Shown piece after piece: positions 49,090 to 60,100 of a stretch of 64,000 bases of DNA. The position numbers and the translations under genes are program-made. The notes beneath the pieces were generated by a model. It worked only from the letters and a program-made list of their open reading frames with translations. It searched no databases and was not told the origin of the DNA. Source of the stretch: Macrostomum lignano (lineage: Eukaryota); contig NIVC01001044.1 of assembly GCA_002269645.1 (NCBI GenBank), forward strand, positions 1 to 64,000, read 5' to 3'. How positions within the stretch are numbered: the first letter of the stretch is position 1; each line of letters starts with the position of its first letter.

Positions 49090-51539
49090 TTTTAAGCATC
49101 ATATAGAATCATAGAATGAAGTAATTAAATTGGTAATTACTAATACTGAAACAAGAAAAATTCAAATTCAACACAATAAACATCCTTGTTTAACAACTCC
49201 TTGCATGTTTTCTAACAAGCATAACTAGCAGTACATCATGATGCTACACTTGTGATTCCTGGAACATTTTTTGAAGGCCAATTTCTTCATTTTGATGTTC
49301 ATGCAAGACAACACAAGTGATATATTCTTGAAGGTTTTGAGTTTTAACTCATTTGAGGCTAATATTCATTTTCTAATTGCAGCACAAGGCACTATAATCA
49401 AGTTATGTTAAAGTGTTACACATTGGTCTATCTATCAAATTCCAGCCATTTGTTATCTTGGTATCTTTTTTGTTAATTGTTAACTGGCATTTCTAAGGCT
49501 GCCAGAATATGATTATTGATTCTAAATGAGTCAACAAAACAAAAGTATACTAATTACACCAACTATAAAAATATAGCTGCTGTAGAGCTACAGCACAATA
49601 CTATATATAGTAGGGTGACAAGAGAATGGCCCATACAAACTAAGAGTCACCTGAAGTACAGTATTCTACAAGCTGATCATTGTGACACATCTATTTCCAT
49701 ATATACTTCTAGAGTCAGAATCAATGTTCGAAAATTAGCCTCCAAATTTTTATGTGAATCATCCTTATGTACTGCTAATCTTTGTTTTAAAGGTGTTATT
49801 TATTCATTTAAATTTTGGATGCAATAATAACAAAAAACAATATATAGCATCTTTATTTGAGAAATAACATTATATTTAACTCTAGACAAATACATGTTTT
49901 TGTTTTTCCTCATGAAGACATATTTAAATACTTTTTAGAAATTCAAATGTTTTGTATTTGGAAATTTTATTTTCCAAATTTCCAAATGTGCTTCCGAATA
50001 TGAAAAAAAAAACCAAAACAAAATTATGCTAACATAAAAAAATACAACTTTTTGAAAAGAAAGCCAATTAAAAAATGAGAACGCAAAATTTAATGTAATA
50101 TTGTTCATTTTTACAATTGTCTGTTTTGCAATAATGTATATTATTAAAAAGTGTTAATAAGTAAAGTTACTTAACTTTGGAACCTTTGAGGCATTCAACC
50201 TAAAGTTGCAGAAACATTTAATTGCAGTAATCATTGTTTAAGTGTAATCATCACTTTTTTTCAAAATGCAAATGCAATGGACTTTATGCACTATACACAG
50301 TAAAGTTTTCAAATTGCACAAACGCAATGTCAGTTAGTATTAGTAATTGGAATTAGTTAGATTAGATACATAAGAATTGAGTACAATTCTAAGTTTCACT
50401 CAATACAGATACTAGATAGATATAGTATAAGCCCTAGATTAGATTGAATCTTGTCAATAAATTAATGTACAGTGCTTACTAATACGATTACTAATTAGAT
50501 GACAAAACATTTTTGTCACTACAAGATGTCATAGTTACTCCCGCCGTGTACCTTTTACTTTTGTCTGCATTTGGAAACACATTTTGATATTTGGATTCGG
50601 ATTTGGAATTTTTTTGTACATTAGGATTCGGTTTCGGAAACTTGCAAAAATCTACATTCAGTCCGTCACTTATCAAAGTACTGATACCAAAACCCACACT
50701 CAAGAAGGTATACATTATAGTAGAAAATTATGGCACATATCAACGAAAAATGTATACAAAGTGGCGCACATGGTGCACAACAAAGGCTTAGTAGAAATTT
50801 TTAGCGCACAGTGGCACATAGCAAAACCTGATAAGAAAAATTTAGCTGACAAGTGACAATGAGTCACCTAAATTTATAATCTGCATATGCAGTACATAAA
50901 ATATGGTTGAAGATTACACTTTTTCTAAGCATATTAATTAAAAAATTGTTTCTTGGTAAGTAAAATGAATTATAAAATTCAAAATTAGATATTACTATAA
51001 AGTTCAAGCTAATTCTTTTGATAATTTTCTACGTGAGCTAAAATAAAGCAAAATGTTTGAGTTAAAAAAAAGCCTACCAAGGTACAAAAATTTATCTGTT
51101 TTTTTAGTTTTGTTTTAATTCGACTTTTACCAAGTTTTTAGTGCTACAATGCATTAGTACTCTAGCTATGTATTTGTCAGTAAACAAATGTTAACCTTGG
51201 TGCACAAATTCATATTTTGTTTTACCCACAGTGCACATTCCAAAAATATATTGAAATATATTCCTGCACACATGTGACACCTTCCTAAGTATAGACCAGA
51301 ACAAGTGCTAGAAGTTACTTTCTTTGGAATAGGAAGTTACTTAACCGGAAGTTATTTTTTCCAGGGTGCCAGCGCATTTTGAGAAAGTAAAATAAAGGAG
51401 ACTATTTGACTGATCCCAAAATAAAGGAGATTTAATTTGGTAATGTAACAATGATAGGCAATGTCTGTCTAAGGCATGTATAGGCAAACTCTGGCCTCTT
51501 GCCTCTGCATCACTATGTCATTTGGGTACTCTGAAACTT

Positions 51540-51950
51540 CTATCTTTTTTCTGTTTCCTCTCTTCTCTCTCTCTCCTTTTATCTTTTTTCTTTTCTTCCC
51601 ATTCTCCTATCCTATCTACTCTCTTCTCTTGCTCATCTATATTTTTTTTCTACTCTTTCCTGTATCCACTCTGGGCTCTCTTATCTTTCTCATCTCTTTT
51701 CTTTTATCTCTTCTTTCTTTCATCTTATCTCTCCTCTCTCTTCTTCTCTCTCTTATTTGCATCTTTTCCCCTCTATTATCCTCGCACTCCTCTTTCCCTT
51801 TTCCTTTTCTCTGCCTTCTCTTTCTCTCCTTACCCTCCTGTCTCCTCCTATACAAGCCTATTTTATCTATTCTCTTATCCTTTCTCTCAACTCTCTTTCT
51901 TTTATTGTCTATTCATTCTCTTTTCCACTTGCATCTGCCCCTGTAGCCAT
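51540..51950. repeat. CT-rich low-complexity tract
   Basis: Almost pure pyrimidine on the plus strand. Confidence 0.85.
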
Positions 51951-54388
51951 TAGCTGGATTTTTTATCTGGCCTTTGAGATAAAAACTGCCAATTTGCTAA
52001 GAATTTCCTTCCAAAATATCATCTTCAGGAATATGGCCTAAAATGAATCTGCTGAAATTTTGTTCAATGTTCATTAAAGTGACTTCACTAAATTAATGTT
52101 CCAAATAAAGGCCTAACCTAATTTTGGCATACTGCATTCTGGAAAAGGCATTAAAAATTAACTAGACCTAATTAGGTCTAGCTAGCTAGATAGATATTTC
52201 AAACTAACACAGGCAAAATGATCATACAGCATGCACCTTGGCTTGAGTTAGGTGAAATGGTCAAAAATGATACTTACGACTGGGTGTTAAATAATATTGA
52301 TTGTTATTAAACAGGACTATATAACATAGTACTGTACTACTGTTACTGTATAGTGTATATATATTCAATTTATACTAGGCTAACCTAAACTAAACATGCT
52401 AACAGATAGGCACCCAACCATAACAATAGTGCCTCTAGAGTGCACACAGGGACGATGCCCTAGCCCCTGGGCATGAACATACTGTCACTAACAAGTGCAC
52501 AACAATAGAAGTAAGTGTCTATGTCTAGGACGAGCACTGAGCAGCAACGATGTGAAATTTTAAAACAAAATCGTAGAATTTTGGTAAAATTCTACTGTTA
52601 ATTTTTTTTACTTTTTTTAACAAAATGTAAACTCTTTTTTAAATATTGATTTACTAATATATAGTATTGAGAGGTAAAATTATTTAAAATAAAAATAAAT
52701 TGTTATTTAAATATATTAAGAAAACTAACTCGAATCAACACTATCTTCCGGAAGCCAATGCCTCACAAAATGTTCAACAGGTGGTTTCCGTTTTATTCTT
52801 CCAGCCCTAACTACCATTAAAATTATCTAATTTTTATATTGGTTTTTATTTAACAGTATGGACACCTTAGTCGTATTTATATGTCCGGACTACTAAAGAG
52901 AAGGACCAACACTCAAAATCTAATGGAAAATGTTTTGAAGGCCACTGTTCCAAACAATTTCACTTTTGAATGGATGCACGGGAACATTAGAAATGTATAC
53001 TCCTTTAAGAATAAAATACCATTCGCGGCTTTGGCTAAATCTAATTTTTTTTAATTTACTTTTTCAAGGCAGACAACCCATTTTTTCAACAAGGTGTGCC
53101 ATTACTATGTACTATCTACATATAAAATTAGTGCAAACTGATTGCCTATATATGAGACTGCTTCAGCAAGTTTTATCGTTCTAGTGATCGTATAGTCGCT
53201 GCAGGATGAGCAATTAAGAAGCACCTTGCGCTTGTAGTGGTGCATATAGTTTTGCTACAGCAGTAATTATTATGATCGTGTCAAGCTCTTGGTTCATATA
53301 GCTGCTATTACATGTAGTTAAAGGCCTGTCTGGTAGGAGCGCGGAAACATTTCACCCAGCTGGTTTCGAGAGCTTTTACATGTAGATGCAGCAGATAGGG
53401 CCTAGTGTACGGAGTTAGCTGAAGTTGTCCAAATTGTTGAGACGGCACATACATGTACTACATGTATCAGGCAGGGCATCTCAATCTACATGCATATCCG
53501 ACTTCTTCCGCGCGGCCCGGACTTACGACAGAAAGAATTGAGGCAGCAAATGCAAGCTAGGGCACTCGCCGTGCGTTTATTTCGATTCCGACTTGTACTA
53601 CATGTGATTTTTGTTACTGATCATGCTACTTCAAGATGCATGAAGCGTACGTGAAGAATACGGATCGTTTAGAGCCCTCATAGAGCTGTCACTATGCTGA
53701 CGCTGCAGCTTGCCTGCACTGCAGGGGCTGCTGAATTTTAATTGTGCTGCACGCCGTTTGTAGAACGTAAGGTAGCTAGTCAGGCATGTTTTGTGACCCC
53801 GTTTATTCTTGCTTTTGCTCTTCATCGATCCCGAGCATTGATTTTGAATATCTAATAGTACAGTGTTATTTACCACCTATTTAAAACATGTACATGTACA
53901 TCTGTCTTCTTGTAGGGCACAAGCTGTGAACGAAAGAGCTGCTGTGCTGCTATGGCACCATGCATATACTACTCTAGCTGGATTGCCAAACTTTTCATGA
54001 CTACATGTACTCCTGTGTTTTGTAAATTCAAGGCTCAAGCCAACCGTTAAATGAATGAAAAGCAGAACTAAAAAGCGTCAAGCTTTTACGTTGACTTTGC
54101 AGCCGCATATATAAGAGCTACTCGGTAAAAGCTGGCATCCTGAACCCATATTGTAGTGCTGCAATAACTTAGGCTTTTATTTTTGCAAGCTCGCATCGAT
54201 TTTGAAGATTTTTGTCTTCACGATCAATATAGCTAAAAGCTTTCAAACAATAGTAAAATTGACATTTCAAAAGACCAATACACAACTGGATTCTAGTATA
54301 AAAACTCCAGTTAGAAAGGAAATGAAAGAAATCGCTTCTCCATCAGTTCGCTTCCCAGAAAATACGCATTGGTCGGCATCCGATTTAA

Positions 54389-55613
54389 ATGTCCAAGCTG
54401 GAATTAAAAACGTTCTGTACGTCTGCAGCTGCCTGCGTTGCCATGCTTATTCTCATTGAGATATTTTTTAAAATCCGCTACGCTTCAGCTGCAAATATCC
54501 AGTTTAAAAAGACTAAACTTTGCCCAGCTTCTGAGCAGATACGGCAGATGAAGCTGAGCAGTAAAATCCAGTGCGCCGCTGCGTGCAGCGCTGATAAGCT
54601 TTGCGACGCGTTTCATTTCGACAGGATAAGCCGGATCTGCTACATTGGAGACGCCTGCGCAAATAAAATGCTGTGGACTGCTGGAGCATGCGACTCGCAC
54701 GTGTACTATCCAGGCCATGTTGTCAGCAATGTGAAGGGTAAGTGCATCGCATATTTCAAGTACTGTACAACTGCATGAATCGCTTACACTCTCGGACACT
54801 CATTTTACTCAGACGGAAAATCGACATTCTTCAAGCGCCTACAGCTGCTGCTGTTTTACCGGTTCAAGAAGAATGGTTTGGTGAACGAGGTGGACTCGAG
54901 GCGATTCTGTTTGAAAGCGCACGATGTGACAGTCGGCAGTGACGGAGCCGGGTTCAAGGGCAGCCCGAGTTCTTACCTGAGCGCGGAGACTCCAGGATTT
55001 AATGAATACCTCGACTATGGGAAGAGTTACTCGTTTTACCTTCTGGTTCGGCATGTCATGGATTGCGAGTACGTTGCCTTCTAATTAATTAATAGGTTAC
55101 TGTTCAAATTTACAGTATGCATGAACGTTGAGTCAACTACATGTATGAATTCCAAAACTGCCAATAAATTTCAGGTATCAATACTATCATTCGTTCTGGA
55201 GCTGTGGCAGCTCTCCTGAAAGAAGCAATTCATTTGCTAAGCGTTCGAACTTCATATACGGCTATTCGTACTGGACTCAGGGCGACTACAAGAGGTTCCT
55301 GGCCGAGTCTGAGACTTTCCTGCCTGAGACCACTCAGCCAGCCCTGCTGTCTGTCGGTTGCGCTTACAACAGAACTGCCTACCAGCACTTCTACTTTAAC
55401 GGCTCGGTGTATGACAACTTCAAGAAGGCTCATCCGATGCAACCGGGAGCTTCAGTTAATCCATCTAGTTTTGACTGTCTAAAACTGGGATATTCTCCAG
55501 ACTCCTCTATCAGTCTAAATGGCTCTCTTTACTGCTATGGCATGAGCTCGAAAATATTGAATCAGGAAGAGTTCAAAGAGCTGGAGGACTTCTGCACCAA
55601 CACTAGTGATTAA
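54389..55613 (+). CDS. Secreted protein (347 aa): signal peptide, PAN/Apple domain, C-terminal LamG/concanavalin-A-like domain
   Basis: Exons 54389-54737, 54813-55068, 55175-55613 (1044 nt, phases match; introns 75 and 106 nt). Hydrophobic N-terminus ending ASA|AN; PAN pattern QCAAACSADKLCDAFHF..C; LamG-like FKGSPSSYL..SYSFYL and LNGSLYCYGMSSKILNQEEFKEL. The LamG call is by eye. Confidence 0.8.
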
Positions 55614-55801
55614 CAAGCGATGAGGACTGAGATTGAAAAGTGAATCTCTAACTCGTGTTATCGCAAAGAAATTGCATGATCTAAAAAATTGTGTTTCTCC
55701 TGCTCTTGATTTTCTTTCTGACATATCACCAGATCTGCTTGCTTTTGTCTTGCACGGGACTTGGATTTCCTTGAATTATCCTCGCGCAGAATTTTCTATT
55801 T

Positions 55802-56450
55802 TGTGACAGTGTGATTCGTAGAATCGCGTGTATCGTATTTCTTTATTTTCATATGCATACCGTATTCTTTCATTTATTTTAACAATATTCGTACGTATTA
55901 TTATCGCGCTATTTTTACTGTTAATTGCTTTGTTTTTTGTAGCCTCTTATGTATTTATTCTATTATTTGTATTTCATTCATATCGTTATTATTTATCGTA
56001 AAGTAGTCCTACCTATGTACATGTGCTGACGTATGTTATTCTTGTATGATATATTTATCGATTAATTTGTACATGTACATTTCACCTGAGTGGGGTTTGT
56101 CTGGTTTTTGGATTAAGCTTGTTGTTATCTTGTTTACTCACCAATTATAAAAATACACTTGCAGTCAGCGGCCGCTCTATCCTTTTGCTTCGTTGCTTCG
56201 CTTCTCGCTCTAAGCTTGCGGGTCCCTTAGCTGTCTGGCCTCTTTACCTTAACCCTCTACCGCCTGCCTCAGCCCACCCACCAGTCAACTGAATCCTGAC
56301 CGGCCCTTGCTAGGCGCATCAAATTAAGTACCTAACCAAACATACTAAATCTGCGATTTCACGCTAAGGATAAAATCGGCTGCTGATCTGCTGGTTCGTA
56401 GACTAATCCCAATTATCCGCTACACAAAGTCTTCCGCTTTATTCGTCACA
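55802..56450 (+). repeat. 5' LTR (649 bp) of the Gypsy element
   Basis: Starts TGTGAC at 55802, ends GTCACA at 56450, 6 nt before the PBS. Internal TATAAAA at 56146-56152 with GCAGTC initiator-like site at 56161. No second copy in the window, so the left boundary is unverified. Confidence 0.7.
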
Positions 56451-56456
56451 TAAATT

Positions 56457-56473
56457 TGGAGGTCCCACCGAGA
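56457..56473 (+). promoter_or_regulatory. Primer-binding site complementary to the 3' end of tRNA-Gln
   Basis: TGGAGGTCCCACCGAGA is the reverse complement of ...TCTCGGTGGGACCTCCA, the 3' end of eukaryotic tRNA-Gln, directly after the LTR. Confidence 0.88.
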
Positions 56474-56529
56474 CTCAACTCGACCCGCACGGCTCCTCGG
56501 AGGTCTTAGATCACCCATCTGCCTATTTG

Positions 56530-56850
56530 CGTTGTTATTTGTGGCGATCTGCAACGTTCTGCGACGATCTGCGACGATCTGCGACGATCTGCGGCGATCT
56601 GCGACGATCTGCGGCGATCTGTGGCGATCTGCGACGATCTGCGGCGATCTGCGACGATCTGCGGCGATCTGCGACGATCTGCGGCGATCTGTGGCGATCT
56701 GCGACGATCTGCGGCGATCTGCGACGATCTGTGGCGATCTGCGACGTTCTGCGGCGATCTGCGACGATCTGCGGCGATCTGAGACGATCTGCGGCGATCT
56801 GCAGCGACCTGCGACGATTTCTGGCGATCCGCGGTGAGCTGAGGCAATCT
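56530..56850 (+). repeat. 10-bp tandem repeat (GATCTGCGRC)n in the retrotransposon 5' UTR
   Basis: About 30 near-identical units between PBS and gag ATG. Confidence 0.95.
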
Positions 56851-57188
56851 GCTATCTGCAAGTGGCCCAAAGACGATCTACATCGGCCGGAGCGATCTGC
56901 ACATCGGCCGAGACGCAGTCTGCATCCGCCAGAGGCCATCTACGACTTCCGAGCGACGATACCAGCTAAGCCCGCAATCACGTTTCGTAAACCGGTATGA
57001 ATCCCTCTGTGTGTGTCTTTTAGGGCTCTTGTCTGGCAGGTTAGCATTTGGTTTGCGTGATTTTAGTTTAGATTCTTTAGGTTGGGCATTAGGTCCTGCC
57101 AGACACTGTGTGCTTTTGCTTTTGTTCTTCTCTCGTTTTCCGCTTTCTCTCTCTTTCTTGCTGCCTTCTCTTCGTTGCCGAGCCGATC

Positions 57189-60100
57189 ATGAGTGACCGC
57201 GAGGACAGGAGTGCCACTGCTGGCTCTCCAAATCCAGACGCTTCTGCTCAGGAAAGAAAGTTTGTGGCAAGCAACACTACAGACTCAGAGCCACTTCTTG
57301 CTAGTACCATTGCCGCACTGCACCGGTTGTTAGAAAATCAATTCTCAAGAGAGTCCCGTTCTCAATCGTTCTACCAGAGTCAACAGAAGGAAACAGCTTC
57401 AGGCATTAAGCTTCGGCCGCCACCGTTGTTCACTTGCACCACGAAGTTTGATGCCTGGGAAGCTCAGTTCAATGCGTACATTGAAGCTCATAGGGTTCCT
57501 TACTTTCAACAGACTGCAGTCCTGCTGTCCCTTCTGGCACCAGAATGCCAGGAGTACTTTCTAAATAAAACTACACGGTCGAATTAACTTGTTTACAGCT
57601 CGGTGGTCAATGCATAGTCTCTGAGACCCATCTTTCTTCTTAACTAACACTATCGGTGATACCCAGTCTGAATAACAATCTCACGGATCAGACCTGTGAA
57701 GAGGCACTGAAGTCTATGAGAGCGCGTTACACTGACTCTAACGTTAGGGAGAAAAGTTATATGGAACTAGTTGCCGCTCACCAGAACAGCACCGAATCGA
57801 TTGCCGAGTTTTACGATAGGTTAGCATCTTATGCCCGGTTAGCAGACCTCTCATCAACCGAAGCTGAACCTTTATTACGAGCGAGGCTGTGCCATGGCAT
57901 TCGGGATAAGGTGCTCGCAGAAAAACTCTTGCTTTGGAGCAGTGATGCAGGGGTGAGTGATGAGTCTAGTGGGGCAAAGGCTAAGACTGTCCCGTCTGCC
58001 GAGTTGGTTAAGAAGGCCAAGGAGATCGTTGGTATTCAGCAACTTCTGCAACCCGCTCCAAACTCCTCTGCGAATATCCGTGTCCTTGAAACCGAGAAGG
58101 CGTCTCTGGAGGCAAGAGTAGAAGAGCTAGAGAGACTCCTTCGACTCCAGAACCAGGCTGGAGTTTCCAAGCCTGTTGCTGTCAACCAACCACAACCATC
58201 TAACAAGTCAATCCAAAATTCAAACCAACACAAGCCACATAACAAGCACAAGAATAAACAACCGCCAAATCACGGGGCAACTCAGCAATTTGGTACAGCG
58301 GTGTCCAGATCAAGGAAATGCTACAGGTGCGGTGGTGAGGACCATTTCATTGCCGACTGTCCCATCACACCAGCACCTCCAATAGCTCACCAGACCGCTG
58401 CTAAGAGTCATCCTCCAAATAATCAGGCCCAGCATATGTCGGAGGTTGGTTCAATTGTTTCCTGGAAGGGGAACTTCGGGTTCATTCAATCAGAACAACT
58501 TCCCGACCAGCTCTTCTTTCACCGTGGTGAGCTGTCTGAATCCTTGAACCGTTCGGCTGACCAGCACCAACTCGTGGGCACAAGAGTCCAATTCCATCGG
58601 AAAATTGACTCGGGCAAGAAGCGCGATCAGGCTTGTGGGGTAAGGCCAATTCCATCGATCAATCAGACACATTTAGGCCAAACTAGTTCCGATGAGCCTG
58701 CGGTGGATTCCAGCTTCTTTGTCCAGTTGCGAATCGGGGACAACCAAGTCATGGCTTGCCTTGACTCGGGGGCAAACGCCAGCGTGATGGGGAAGCAAGC
58801 CATGGAGAGACTGGTTGAAGCCGATCCGATCAACAACATCTTTTCGCCAGCGCACAAAGACGCAAAGGCAACGGCTTTCAACGGGTCCACCACCCAGATT
58901 TTAGGCTCTTTGCGCTGCGAAGTTGAACTAGGCAAGATTAAAAAGCATCACGTTTTCCTTGTGACCGAAGAATCCACTGCTGAATCGCTCTTAGGTATTG
59001 ATTTCCTCCGTGGTTTCCAGGTGCTGCTGGATTTCACCTGTGGCCAGGTACTCGTGGCCGGTGGAGCAGTGCCTGTGATCGAGGGCGATAAGGGGGTGTT
59101 TCGCATACGCCGTGTATTGGCTGCTTGTACCTCTGAGCTACCACCTCACTCGGAAACCCTAGTGCCGAGTCGAGTGATTGACACTGTGCCAAACCTGAGT
59201 GGCACAGTCTCCTCTAAACTTTTCAATACAGACTCAGAATTTTTTGTAGCTAGGTCAGTGGATAGAGTCAGCCCGACGAATCACGTGTTAGTCCGATTGC
59301 TAAATAGTAGCGATCAACCAGCTAGGATTGAGCGTGACCAAGAGATTGCATCTTTTCAAGAGCTCGGTCATGGAGAAGTTGTAGTACCAACTGCTCTGTC
59401 TGAGAAGGATTTTTCCATAGACAACTGCAATCTCCTCAATAGTAAGCTTTCAAGATTACCACCACCAGAAAAAGGTACAGCAGAATGGCTTGTGAAACAG
59501 TTCCGACTCGACCAGTCCAGTCTGACTCCAAATCAATTAGCCCTAACTTTGCGCATGCTTAATTACTTTTTAAGCCAGATCTCACAGGATGATAGTGATC
59601 TCGGTCGCACAAAGCTACATGAAATGTCAATCGATCTGATTGAGAAGGACAGTCGTCCGGTTCTGCTCGCTTCGAGGAGAACAACTCCAGCTCAAAAGGA
59701 GTTTTTAGATCAACATATTAGTCAATTGCTTAAGCAGGATGTAATTGAAGAGTGTGATTCAGACTGGGTATCACCGATAGTGTTAGTTAAGAAGAAAGAT
59801 GGGTCTCAGAGACTATGTATTGACTACCGAGCTGTAAACAAGTTAATTAGACCGTGTAGTTTTCCATTGCCATTAATTGAAGAGTCGTTTGACAGCCTGG
59901 CTGGTTCTTCGGTGTTCAGCAGCCTTGATTTAACCTCTGCCTATTGGCAGGTGGGAATCAAAGAAGAAGACAGAGATTTTACAGCTTTCTCTTGTCCACA
60001 GGGCACGTTTCGTTGGAAAGTAATACCATTCGGAATCAAAACAGCCCCAGCGAATTTCGCTAAATTAATGCACAAGGTATTTCAGCCATTGCTTATGAAA

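Noticed and set aside
56457-56485. tRNA-Gln gene fragment
   Set aside because: Only the 3'-terminal ~17 nt including CCA, in reverse orientation right after an LTR; it is a primer-binding site.
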